Source of the DNA: an uncultured Candidatus Saccharibacteria bacterium
GTDB lineage: Bacteria; Patescibacteriota; Minisyncoccia; UBA6257; 2-01-FULL-56-20
Direction: 5' to 3'
DNA length: 64,000 nt
Assembly: GCA_965231155.1 (NCBI GenBank)
Contig: OZ246418.1
Span: 433,242 to 497,241 of the forward strand
Shown here: positions 32,135 through 40,984 of the stretch, in pieces
How the letters are laid out: every line of letters starts with the position of its first letter
Position numbering within the stretch: position 1 is the stretch's first letter
The notes under the pieces: generated by a model
Databases searched by the model: none
Seen by the model: only the letters and a program-made list of their open reading frames with translations
What the model was told of the DNA's origin: nothing
Made by a program: the position numbers and the translations under genes

Positions 32135-32434
32135 ATGAAAGGATTTATTGATTTTGTGCGAGAGCAGGGCGTGGTGGGATTAGCTGTTGGTTTTATTCTT
32201 GGAGGTGCAGTGTCGAAAGTGGTGACTGCCTTGGTCACTGATATCATCAATCCGCTTTTAGGCTTAGTGTTAGGTGCGGTCGGCGGTTTAAAGACGGCAT
32301 CAATTCACTTGGGTAGTGCAGAAATCCTCTACGGTGATCTGATTAGTGTGGCGATTGATTTTCTCGTGGTTGCCCTAGTCGTCTATTATGGCGTGAAGAT
32401 GATTGGCTTGGAGAATCTAGATAAGAAGAAATAG
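32135..32434 (+). CDS. mscL: large-conductance mechanosensitive channel
   Basis: 99 aa; FIDFVREQGVVGLAVGFILGGAVSKVVTALVTDIINPLLG...FLVVALVVYYGVKMI closely parallels MscL. Confidence 0.8.
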   Translation: MKGFIDFVREQGVVGLAVGFILGGAVSKVVTALVTDIINPLLGLVLGAVGGLKTASIHLGSAEILYGDLISVAIDFLVVALVVYYGVKMIGLENLDKKK

Positions 32435-32446
32435 CTTTTAATTACT

Positions 32447-32866
32447 ATGACCGAAATAAATTATCTGGCGGTTTTCGTATGCGGAGTGTTTTCTATGGTT
32501 TTGGGATTTGTTTGGTATGGACCGTTATTTGGAAATAAGTGGCTAGAAATTGTCGGGGCTAGTAAGTTAGATATGGAAGCTCGTAAGGAGATGCAGAAAA
32601 AGGCGGGTCCTTTATATTTTGTTCAGTTCTTACTCACTCTTTTTCAGGTGTATGTTCTGGCTCATTATGTTAAGGGTTGGACAGAAGTTTCAGCAGTAGA
32701 AAATGCATTGTGGATTTGGGCGGCTTTCGTGATGCCAATTGTTGCGGGAGGTGCGATGTGGAATAATGATTCTCGCAAGATTGCCTGGGCTCGGTTTCTT
32801 ATCCAGGCGGGTTATCAGTTAATACTCTTCGTAACCTTCGGTTATATTCTTGGTGTTTGGGGATAG
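32447..32866 (+). CDS. DUF1761-like membrane protein
   Basis: N-terminus LAVFVCGVFSMVLGFVWYGPLFGNKW typical of DUF1761. Confidence 0.45.
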   Translation: MTEINYLAVFVCGVFSMVLGFVWYGPLFGNKWLEIVGASKLDMEARKEMQKKAGPLYFVQFLLTLFQVYVLAHYVKGWTEVSAVENALWIWAAFVMPIVAGGAMWNNDSRKIAWARFLIQAGYQLILFVTFGYILGVWG

Positions 32867-33591
32867 TGGTCTCGATGACTATTCTTGGAGATATAAAAAA
32901 GGAAATTAGTTTGCATAAGAATCCCGAGAAGGCAAAAGTACTCTCGGGATTTTTTAAGACGGGAAAGGGAGAGTATGGAGAGGGGGATTTATTTCTGGGA
33001 CTGACCGTACCGGAATCGCGACGGATTGCGAAACATTTTTCACAAGCTTCACGAAAGGATATTCTCATGCTTCTTGAGTCGCCCTTCCATGAAGAACGAC
33101 TGATTGCCCTCTTGATTCTGATGGAGCAGTATAAGAAAGGAGGGGAGAAAGAACGAAAGAATATATTTAACTTTTATCTTCAAAATACTCGATTTATTAA
33201 TAACTGGGACTTAGTTGATGTGAGTTGTCGGGATATTGTGGGGGCCTATCTTTTTGAACAAGATCGTTCTGTACTTTACGAACTCGCTCGATCGAAGAGT
33301 CTATGGGAGCGGAGAATTGCAATCGTTTCAACGTGGTATTTTATTTCTCGAAATCAGTTTGAGGATGCTTTAGCCATTGCCAAGATACTTCTGGGGGATT
33401 CTCATGATCTGATTCATAAAGCTACTGGCTGGATGTTGCGTGAGGTTGGTAAGCGATCCGAGGAAGTCGAGGAAGGGTTCCTTGAAAAGCATGCTTGGCA
33501 GATGCCGAGGACTATGTTGCGGTATGCGATTGAACGTTTTCCAGAGCAGAAGAGGCAGGGGTATCTCAATATTCGTTCGCGAATTCGGTAG
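32857..33591 (+). CDS. DNA alkylation repair protein (AlkD/AlkC HEAT-like family)
   Basis: KNPEKAKVLSGFFKTGKGEYGEGDLFLGLTVPESRRIAKHF and WDLVDVS blocks. Confidence 0.65.
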   Translation: MGIVVSMTILGDIKKEISLHKNPEKAKVLSGFFKTGKGEYGEGDLFLGLTVPESRRIAKHFSQASRKDILMLLESPFHEERLIALLILMEQYKKGGEKERKNIFNFYLQNTRFINNWDLVDVSCRDIVGAYLFEQDRSVLYELARSKSLWERRIAIVSTWYFISRNQFEDALAIAKILLGDSHDLIHKATGWMLREVGKRSEEVEEGFLEKHAWQMPRTMLRYAIERFPEQKRQGYLNIRSRIR

Positions 33592-33619
33592 TTGGGCGGA
33601 AGAGAGTTATAATAAGCGC

Positions 33620-34045
33620 ATGGAAAATTGGATTATATATGCAATCTCCTCAGCATTCTTTGCTTCCTTAGTGGCGATTTTTGGGAAGATTGGTATCCAA
33701 GGAGTTGATAGTAATCTTGCGGTAGCGATTCGTACGGCGATTATTGTTGTTTTTGCTTGGGGGATTGTGTGGATTCAGGGAAATGTTGGCGATCTCTGGA
33801 AGATTTCCGGATACTCCTATCTTTTCATTGTTCTTTCAGCTATTGCCACGGGTCTGTCCTGGCTCTTCTACTACAAAGCTCTTCAGCTCGGCGAGGCCTC
33901 AAAAGTTGCACCAATCGATAAGCTGAGTGTTGGCTTAACGATCGTTCTAGCGTTGCTTTTCTTGGGGGAGAAGCCAACAACAGGAAATCTTCTTGGCGGG
34001 GGGTTGGTGGTTGCAGGAGTTTTGATAACTGCGTTACTAAAATAA
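33620..34045 (+). CDS. EamA-domain (DMT superfamily) small transporter
   Basis: 141 aa, 4-5 TM; ...KVAPIDKLSVGLTIVLALLFLGEKPT; the ORF-track N-terminal extension overlaps the upstream gene, so the ATG at 33620 was used. Confidence 0.55.
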   Translation: MENWIIYAISSAFFASLVAIFGKIGIQGVDSNLAVAIRTAIIVVFAWGIVWIQGNVGDLWKISGYSYLFIVLSAIATGLSWLFYYKALQLGEASKVAPIDKLSVGLTIVLALLFLGEKPTTGNLLGGGLVVAGVLITALLK

Positions 34046-34057
34046 AATTTATAAAAT

Positions 34058-34456
34058 ATGAAAGGATATAAAAATAATATCGAGAAGCTTACGTTGGAAA
34101 ATAAAAATTTTCGCCAGGTTCTTTATACTGCAAAACACTGTCAGCTTGTATTGATGTGTCTTCAGCCAGGGGAGGAGATTGGATTAGAAATACATAAAGA
34201 TAATGATCAGTTCTTTCGTTTCGAGTCTGGTGTTGGCAAGGTTCTGATTGATGGATCGGAAAATATTGTTGGAGATGGTGATGCGGTAATCGTGCCTGCC
34301 GGAGCAGAACACAATGTTATAAACACTTCAGATTCTGAGTTGCTACAATTTTATACTATCTACTCTCCAGCACATCATAAAGACGGCATTCTGCGAACGA
34401 CCAAAGCTGAGGCTGAGGCCAATGATGCTGAGTTTGATGGTCAGACGACCGAATAG
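34058..34456 (+). CDS. cupin-domain protein
   Basis: GEEIGLEIHKDNDQFFRFESGVGKVLIDG...VIVPAGAEHNVINTSD (two-motif cupin). Confidence 0.6.
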   Translation: MKGYKNNIEKLTLENKNFRQVLYTAKHCQLVLMCLQPGEEIGLEIHKDNDQFFRFESGVGKVLIDGSENIVGDGDAVIVPAGAEHNVINTSDSELLQFYTIYSPAHHKDGILRTTKAEAEANDAEFDGQTTE

Positions 34457-34457
34457 G

Positions 34458-34928
34458 TTAGAATCTTTGGAGGAGATAGGAAACAAACACAAGAAGACTA
34501 CCCCACCAGCCGATGTCAGAAATAATGAGACTAACCATTATTTTTTCCTGCCATTCATTCGGGAGGAGATCGCCTGACTGGCCATTTTTTTCTCGTTCGA
34601 GCATATAGGGACTTACCCTAAAGGAAAGGAAGATGCCATTCAGCGTAAGAATGAGTACTAGACTCAGCTGGGTGAGAAAGAGTGTGCTGAGGAGATCGTG
34701 ACGAAAGAGAGTTACCTGACCGAGGGCGACAAGGAGAATTCCAATCCAGATCATTGGCTTGGTGACTTTATGAGTTCTTGTGGTGGCTTCTGTCCAGTAG
34801 GGGGAGTGACGACCAAGAAAGCCATGAATATCAATAACAGTCACCGCGCCAAGGCCGATAATAAAACCGGCGATGGTGGTGAATAAACCAAGACTATTCA
34901 ACCACTGTTCGGGAGAGAGGGGGATCAT
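34458..34928 (-). CDS. hypothetical polytopic membrane protein
   Basis: 156 aa, 4 TM. Confidence 0.4.
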   Translation of the reverse strand: MIPLSPEQWLNSLGLFTTIAGFIIGLGAVTVIDIHGFLGRHSPYWTEATTRTHKVTKPMIWIGILLVALGQVTLFRHDLLSTLFLTQLSLVLILTLNGIFLSFRVSPYMLEREKNGQSGDLLPNEWQEKIMVSLIISDIGWWGSLLVFVSYLLQRF

Positions 34929-35704
34929 ATTTTTGGTGGCAGAGGAAAGAAGATGCTTGTTTCACGTGTATACTTTTCGAATTCGGGATTTTTCCGCATA
35001 CTGGCTTCAAGCATTGGGATGCCGGAAACTTTGAGAATAAGAAAGGTGATAGTCAGTGGACCAATAATGCTGAGCCAGCCAAAGGGGAGAGAGAGTGCGA
35101 TAATCCAGAGTCCCCACCACTGTGTCACTTCGCCGAAGTAGTTTGGATGTCGGGTGTAACGCCATAATCCCTGGCGCATGAGCTTGCCCCGATTTTCTGG
35201 ATTTTTTATGAACTGGCCTAGTTGCCAGTCGCCAACAGCTTCAAAGAAAAAACCGAATCCCCAAATCCCAAGGCCAAGGAGATCGAGGATATTCCAGTTG
35301 GTCCCTCGAGACAGAGCTGAGAGCGTTGCTGGCGTAGACACTAAAAGAAGAAAAAATCCTTGAAGGAGGAACACCTGAAGATAGGTGCGGATATAGAACT
35401 GATCTCCCCATTCTTTTCGCCAGGCTTCGTAGCGATAATCTTCTTTTTTATTGCGATTTCTGAGGTAGATATGCGTGGAGAGTCTTATTGCCCAGATCGT
35501 TACTAGAAGCAGTGCGAGGAGTCCGCGGTCGAGAGCAAATCCTCCGGGAAGGTAGGCGCTTAAGACAATCACAAAAAAACCGATACCCCAGGCAATATCG
35601 GCGACATCATTTCTTTTTTTTATAATTGCGACGCAGAACCAGGCGGTCATGTAGGCTAGGATAATGACCGCTAGTTCGGTGTAGGCCAGGAAAATTTCTG
35701 ACAT
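34925..35704 (-). CDS. DUF1295 / steroid 5-alpha-reductase-like (ICMT/PEMT-type) membrane protein
   Basis: GLWRYTRHPNYFGEVTQWWGLW signature. Confidence 0.6.
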   Translation of the reverse strand: MSEIFLAYTELAVIILAYMTAWFCVAIIKKRNDVADIAWGIGFFVIVLSAYLPGGFALDRGLLALLLVTIWAIRLSTHIYLRNRNKKEDYRYEAWRKEWGDQFYIRTYLQVFLLQGFFLLLVSTPATLSALSRGTNWNILDLLGLGIWGFGFFFEAVGDWQLGQFIKNPENRGKLMRQGLWRYTRHPNYFGEVTQWWGLWIIALSLPFGWLSIIGPLTITFLILKVSGIPMLEASMRKNPEFEKYTRETSIFFPLPPKI

Positions 35705-35705
35705 G

Positions 35706-36110
35706 TTAGCCAGTAATCCTCACAATAAATACGGTGATCACAGAGACAACTCCCGTGAGGAGTGTTCCCCAGATGAGGTCGACGATTGTTACGAATACTG
35801 GCCAATCCTTGAGGGTGGCTTGATTGGTGAGGTCGTAGGTGCCATATGCGACAAGACCAAGGAGTCCACCAAGTAAAAATATTTTTACCAAAGAGTAGTT
35901 TCCCGAAAGTGCGGGGAGGATAACAAGAATGGTGAGGCCGAGGATATAAATAAAATAAAAGATACCGGCTGGCAGGAGGGAAGGGGCAGCACTCATAAGA
36001 TGTCCCAGATATTTACCGTAAAATGATTTAGCCATGGTCGTGAGCCAGACACCATCAATAAGGAGCATCACAACGAACGCAACTAGATAGGCGGTAATAT
36101 ATGTTTTCAT
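35706..36110 (-). CDS. small membrane protein (DUF2177-like), co-oriented with the DUF1295 gene
   Basis: 134 aa, 4 TM. Confidence 0.4.
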   Translation of the reverse strand: MKTYITAYLVAFVVMLLIDGVWLTTMAKSFYGKYLGHLMSAAPSLLPAGIFYFIYILGLTILVILPALSGNYSLVKIFLLGGLLGLVAYGTYDLTNQATLKDWPVFVTIVDLIWGTLLTGVVSVITVFIVRITG

Positions 36111-36146
36111 AGGTGTATTATAATTGATTCATTAGAGATTACTAAT

Positions 36147-36665
36147 ATGTCCCGTTTACGAAAGAAGATAGTAGTCGTGAATGACTTAATGCAAAAGAAC
36201 TATCGCTACGAACTCTCAGAGCCGGTAGGGAGGAATTTTGCTCCTGATTTTAAGCCACACCTTACTCCGCCAGAGATGTTGGCGCTCGGTGTATTTGGGG
36301 GAAGATATATGACGGACTGTCAGAAAGAGTTTCCTCTGAGTTGGTTTAAGAAGGCCAAATTTAGTCATCTCAAGCATGATCCGACACTTAATTGTTTTGG
36401 GGTGAATGCCAGTCAACCATTGGAAGAGTGGCGAAAAAAGAAGTGGATTTATAAAGACGATCCTCGGGGTTGGTTTCAGTGGTACTGCCGGTATTATATG
36501 GGACGGAGATTGCCAGTGGAGGACGAGCGACAGATTAAGCGGTGGCGAGCCATTGCTCGCCATATCGGTCAGATTAAAAAGCATTGCCGAATTGGCGATG
36601 TCTTGTGTCGTCCCCGACAACGACAGGCGCTACTACACTGGGCGTATGATAGTCGCCGAATGTGA
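36147..36665 (+). CDS. hypothetical basic Trp/Arg-rich protein
   Basis: 172 aa; no recognised motif. Confidence 0.4.
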   Translation: MSRLRKKIVVVNDLMQKNYRYELSEPVGRNFAPDFKPHLTPPEMLALGVFGGRYMTDCQKEFPLSWFKKAKFSHLKHDPTLNCFGVNASQPLEEWRKKKWIYKDDPRGWFQWYCRYYMGRRLPVEDERQIKRWRAIARHIGQIKKHCRIGDVLCRPRQRQALLHWAYDSRRM

Positions 36666-36720
36666 GAAAATAAGATAAAATCAATGCATCGTTAGTCGAC
36701 TATCGAAATAAACCTTACGT

Positions 36721-37521
36721 ATGATTATTGAAATTTTTAAAGCAGTTGTTTTGGGTGTGGTCGAGGGGGTGACTGAGTTTTTGCCAATTTCTTCAACTGG
36801 TCATCTGATTATTGTGAATCAGTGGCTTGCCTTTGATGAACTATTCACAAAGATGTTTGATGTGGTTATCCAGCTTGGGGCGATTCTCGCAGTAGTAGTT
36901 TATTTTCGTGATCGGTTGTGGCCTTTTGATAAAACACCAATCAGGAAAGAAGAGACTCTGGATATCTGGAAAAAGACGGTAGTTGGTGTACTGCCAGCAC
37001 TAGTCCTTGGATCTTTATTTGGGAGTGCTATACAGGATTATTTGTTCAATCCGACGGTAGTAGCAGTGATGCTTATAGTCGGTGGCTTCCTTTTGATTTT
37101 TGTGGAGTGGAAAGGCCTAAGCCATCGTATTTCTTCGATTAAAGAGATACCGTACTCTACGGTGTTTTTGATCGGTCTTGCTCAGTGCCTCGCAATGATT
37201 CCTGGAACCTCTCGTTCGGCGTCCACGATTATTGGAGGGATGTTTTTTGGACTTTCTCGAGTGACCGCCGCAGAGTTTTCTTTCTTCTTGGCTATTCCTA
37301 CGATGGCGGCAGCTTCAGCCTACTCACTACTAAAGATTGGTTTTTCGATGAGCTTCCAGGAAGCGATAGTTCTCTCGGTGGGATTCATTATTTCCTTCTT
37401 GGTCGCTATGGGAGTGATTCGAGTATTTCTTGAATATATACAGAAGAATAATTTCCGCGTATTTGGATACTACCGTATTATTCTTGGGGTAGTTGTTCTG
37501 CTCTATTTTGCGGGAATATAA
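36721..37521 (+). CDS. uppP: undecaprenyl-diphosphatase
   Basis: GVVEGVTEFLPISSTGHLII; 8 TM. Confidence 0.85.
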   Translation: MIIEIFKAVVLGVVEGVTEFLPISSTGHLIIVNQWLAFDELFTKMFDVVIQLGAILAVVVYFRDRLWPFDKTPIRKEETLDIWKKTVVGVLPALVLGSLFGSAIQDYLFNPTVVAVMLIVGGFLLIFVEWKGLSHRISSIKEIPYSTVFLIGLAQCLAMIPGTSRSASTIIGGMFFGLSRVTAAEFSFFLAIPTMAAASAYSLLKIGFSMSFQEAIVLSVGFIISFLVAMGVIRVFLEYIQKNNFRVFGYYRIILGVVVLLYFAGI

Positions 37522-38149
37522 GTTCTAAGTTTTTACAGGCTTCGTGATCAAACTGGCCGACTCGGGTGCGTACAAGAGCTATCAGATATCCTCCGGTGGT
37601 CAGTTCGTTTCCGATATCACGAGCCAAACTGCGGATATATACTCCTGGCCCGGTAGTTACTTTTATTTTTAAAAGTGGCCAGGAGTAGTTTATTATTTCG
37701 ATATTTTTTATAAGGACGGTACGAGAGGGGAGATTGAACTTTTTCCCCTGACGAGCAAGCTTATAGGATCGTTTCCCATTAATTTTCATAGCGCTATGAA
37801 TGGGAGGAATTTGTGCGATCTGGCCAATAAACCTCCTGATAATCGTAGTAATCTTTTCTTCTGTTGGGGGATTCTGATTTTCTGTTTTAGTAATAAGCCC
37901 TTCACCGTCATCGGTGGAGCTTTGATAGCCAAGCTTGATTGTTGCTTCGTATTCTTTTTCTTTAGCCACCATTTCTGACAACTGTTTTGTGCCAGCCCTT
38001 CCGAATCCAATGATCATCACTCCCTCGGCGAGAGGGTCGAGGGTACCGGCATGACCAATCTTTTCTTCGCCAGTCAGCTTTCTGATTGCGGCAATCACAC
38101 GGAAGGACGTAGGCCCTTTTGGTTTCCAGATAGCAAAGATTGATTCCAT
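37478..38149 (-). CDS. truB: tRNA pseudouridine(55) synthase
   Basis: IWKPKGPTSFRVIAAIRKL...GHAGTLDPLAEGVMIIGFGRAGTK. Confidence 0.85.
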   Translation of the reverse strand: MESIFAIWKPKGPTSFRVIAAIRKLTGEEKIGHAGTLDPLAEGVMIIGFGRAGTKQLSEMVAKEKEYEATIKLGYQSSTDDGEGLITKTENQNPPTEEKITTIIRRFIGQIAQIPPIHSAMKINGKRSYKLARQGKKFNLPSRTVLIKNIEIINYSWPLLKIKVTTGPGVYIRSLARDIGNELTTGGYLIALVRTRVGQFDHEACKNLELIFPQNRAEQLPQE

Positions 38150-38193
38150 AGAAATGGTCTAGGGTTTAGAGGGGGAATCTATTTGAGAGAAAA

Positions 38194-38799
38194 CTAGATA
38201 AGCGGTAATCCTCCGTGATCCTCTTTCCTGATTTCTTTGTAGAGACTATTTTTTTTGAGTGCTGGTTGACCATTGTTTTCAACGACGTAGTAGGCGAAGC
38301 CTCTCATTTGTTTTACTAGCTCGTAATTGGCATGTCCAGGTAGAGTGACTGGGTCTTTTTCTTCGAAATCAACTGGACTATTGTCGGCCGTCACTAGGTA
38401 GGTGTCCCCGGTGTTTACTAAGAGGTGGCCTTGTCTAGGTGCCATATAGATTTCGTCTCCTGGCTTTACGACAATGGCCTTGAATTCTTCAACCACATCA
38501 GGCAGAACCTCTCCAGCTTCGTTTGAGGCAAGTTTTTGGAGGAGGGCAATCCCTTCTCCTTGGAGTATCCAGTATGTCTCATCGAGATTGCCAATGTGAT
38601 AATGGCCATACGTTTTTATATATTCACCACCAACGGTGCCAGGTTCCCAGATGGTGATGTTTCTTTGGTCCTTACCTCCACGAACCATGTAGTAATGAAA
38701 AGCTGGACCAGGGGCGTTTGGATCCATGAGAACTTCTCGCATCTTTTCATCAGTTCTTGGAGCAAAGTGTTTTGGTACGTAGGTAAAGTCTTTTTTCAT
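38194..38799 (-). CDS. cupin-type (archaeal-type) glucose-6-phosphate isomerase
   Basis: Matches both cPGI signatures: TIWEPGTVGGEYIKTYGHYHIGNLDETY (T-x3-P-x3-G-x-E-x3-T-x-GH-x-H-x6-E-x-Y) and APRQGHLLVN (P-x3-H-x3-N). Confidence 0.75.
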   Translation of the reverse strand: MKKDFTYVPKHFAPRTDEKMREVLMDPNAPGPAFHYYMVRGGKDQRNITIWEPGTVGGEYIKTYGHYHIGNLDETYWILQGEGIALLQKLASNEAGEVLPDVVEEFKAIVVKPGDEIYMAPRQGHLLVNTGDTYLVTADNSPVDFEEKDPVTLPGHANYELVKQMRGFAYYVVENNGQPALKKNSLYKEIRKEDHGGLPLI

Positions 38800-38808
38800 A
38801 AAGTAGGT

Positions 38809-39291
38809 TTATTGATTTTTGTGTAATAATTTTCTAGCCTCTTCTGTTTCATCTGGTCTGCCATAATCGTCTTCGAGTCTTTCTGTAGTGCCCAGTTCCG
38901 GAGTGGAGACTTCGATAATATCGCAATCAGTTATGCCGACAAGTCGGTGTTTTTGTCTAATAGCGCACGTATATCCCTGATGGGGAATCATGACTGTTTC
39001 CGTTAGTTCCCCGTCTGTATTTTCCCAGATAATTTTTCCCTGGCCAGAAAGAAGAAACCAACTTTCTTGTTTCTGATCGTGTCGTTGCAGAGAAAGTCTT
39101 TTTCCAGCTTCTATATGAATAACCTTGCCCATATAGGGAAGGGTGTCTGGCACCCAATGAATTTCATATCCCCATGGTTTCTCAATCTTTTTAAAATAGG
39201 GATCCGTTGAAAAGATTTCCTGGGTGGGGATGGTCATATCCAGAGAAAGGTTAGTGGACGTCGCTTCTTTGCAATTTCTTTTCTTTCGCAA
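38809..39291 (-). CDS. cupin-domain protein (mannose-6-phosphate isomerase-like)
   Basis: KPWGYEIHW...IHIEAGKRLSLQRHDQKQESWFLLSGQGKI. Confidence 0.6.
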   Translation of the reverse strand: MRKKRNCKEATSTNLSLDMTIPTQEIFSTDPYFKKIEKPWGYEIHWVPDTLPYMGKVIHIEAGKRLSLQRHDQKQESWFLLSGQGKIIWENTDGELTETVMIPHQGYTCAIRQKHRLVGITDCDIIEVSTPELGTTERLEDDYGRPDETEEARKLLHKNQ

Positions 39292-39988
39292 GTTTTTGGA
39301 TTAGTTCCCAGGCCTGATCGGCATTATCAACAAGGTAGTAGATTTTCATATCATTTTTGTCGATGCCTTTATATTTCTCGTAGACTGTCTTTTCTATCCA
39401 TTCGAGAAGTGGTCCCCAGTAGTTTTTATCAACAAGGATGATTGGTACGGGATTGATTTTCTTTGTTTGGATAAGCGTTGCGATTTCAGAGAATTCATCG
39501 AGCGTACCGAAGCCACCAGGAAAGAATACGTATATCTCCGAGGCGAAGGCAAGCATTACTTTACGGACAAAGAAGTAATAGAATGGCTGTGATTCGGTAA
39601 TGTACTTATTTTTTCGTTGCTCATTTGGAAGCTGGATAGTGAAGCCAAGTGATTGTCCGCCAGCTTTGAAAGCGCCTTTATTCGCTGCTTCCATAACGCC
39701 TGGCCCACCACCGGTGATAACAGCGAAACCTGCCTTGGCTAATTTTCCCGCTAATTTTTCAGTCTCTTTATAGTCTTTCGTTTGCGGTTTGAACCGAGCA
39801 GAACCGAAGAAGGTAACTGCTTTTCCATAGCGTTGAAGGAAGTCGAAGCCAGCGACGAACTCGGTCATGATTTTAAATACACGCCAAGGAGAGGCTTCTT
39901 CAGCGTGGAGTTCGAGTATCTTTTTTAACTCTTCGGTTGAGAGTTGGGGGGTTGTCTTCTTTTTTGGAGTCGTTTTTTTGGGAGGCAT
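39251..39988 (-). CDS. LOG-family protein (TIGR00730; cytokinin riboside 5'-monophosphate phosphoribohydrolase-like)
   Basis: VTFFGSARF...VITGGGPGVMEAANKGA...FPGGFGTLDEFSE (PGGxGTxxE motif). Confidence 0.8.
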   Translation of the reverse strand: MPPKKTTPKKKTTPQLSTEELKKILELHAEEASPWRVFKIMTEFVAGFDFLQRYGKAVTFFGSARFKPQTKDYKETEKLAGKLAKAGFAVITGGGPGVMEAANKGAFKAGGQSLGFTIQLPNEQRKNKYITESQPFYYFFVRKVMLAFASEIYVFFPGGFGTLDEFSEIATLIQTKKINPVPIILVDKNYWGPLLEWIEKTVYEKYKGIDKNDMKIYYLVDNADQAWELIQKLAKEKKLQRSDVH

Positions 39989-40052
39989 TTTTTAGAGGAT
40001 TTCTTAAACTCCACTAATCATAATTGATTTGAGGAGGTTTGGCACCTAGCTA

Positions 40053-40979
40053 CTATTTCTTTTTTCGCAGGGCATCGTGACCGCCAAACTGATTTCGCAT
40101 GACCGAGAGAAGCTGGCCAGCGTAGCTTGGATTTTTCTTGGACTGAACACGAAATTGGTAGGCACCTTCGATGATGGGCACCGGAATATTCATTTTTTTG
40201 GCAGTTTTTACCGTCCACTCGCCCTCGCCAGTAGCCCCGACCGTGCCGGAGATTGCCTTGAGTTCTTCTCCGTATTCGTCGAAGCCATCTTTGAGCCAGC
40301 CGACGAGACGCGACTCAACCACGCTTCGGCGGTTATAGAGTTGGGCAATAGTTTCCATGTTGAGGTGAAAAGGGGATTTCTTCATGAGACTGAAGCCTTC
40401 AGCGATAGCCTGCATCATGCCATACTCAATACCGTTGTGTACCATTTTTACGAAATGACCACTGCCTGAGGGACCGAAGTAGGCATAGGCATCTGGTGAA
40501 GCTAAGTCCTTATAAAGAGGTTCGAGTTCCTTGGAGAGTTTTTTGTCACCACCGATCATTAGGCAAGCTCCTTCTCGTGCGCCACGAGGGCCACCGGAGG
40601 TGCCAATGTCCATGAAACGAATTTTCTTGTTTTTTAGTTTACTGGCACGACGAACAGTGTCTTCATAAAAAGAATTTCCTCCATCGATGATAATGTCATT
40701 TTTCTCGAGTATAGTTGTGAGGCCTTCCTTGCCGAAGATAACTTCATCAACTGGTTCGCCGGCAGGCACCATAACCCAGACCAGACGAGGCGTGGAAAGT
40801 TGTGTTTTTATGTGAGCAAGTGAAGTGAGGGGAGTCGCACCTGCCTTGACCACCTCGGCAATCGTTTTTTTATCCGTATCATACGCGTGCACTTTCCAGC
40901 CGTGCTCCAAAAGTCGGAGAACCATATTTTTCCCCATCTTCCCCAAACCAACATAAGCGATTTCTTTTTTTATTTTCAT
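40053..40979 (-). CDS. gnd: 6-phosphogluconate dehydrogenase (decarboxylating), short form
   Basis: NAD(P)-binding VGLGKMGKNMVLRL; catalytic-domain blocks (GTSGG, KMVHNGIEYG). Confidence 0.8.
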   Translation of the reverse strand: MKIKKEIAYVGLGKMGKNMVLRLLEHGWKVHAYDTDKKTIAEVVKAGATPLTSLAHIKTQLSTPRLVWVMVPAGEPVDEVIFGKEGLTTILEKNDIIIDGGNSFYEDTVRRASKLKNKKIRFMDIGTSGGPRGAREGACLMIGGDKKLSKELEPLYKDLASPDAYAYFGPSGSGHFVKMVHNGIEYGMMQAIAEGFSLMKKSPFHLNMETIAQLYNRRSVVESRLVGWLKDGFDEYGEELKAISGTVGATGEGEWTVKTAKKMNIPVPIIEGAYQFRVQSKKNPSYAGQLLSVMRNQFGGHDALRKKK

Positions 40980-40984
40980 AGTTA

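Noticed and set aside
37478-37521. 44-nt convergent overlap between uppP (plus) and truB (minus) 3' ends
   Set aside because: Could indicate a mis-called stop, but both proteins have sensible C-termini; judged a genuine compact convergent overlap rather than a feature
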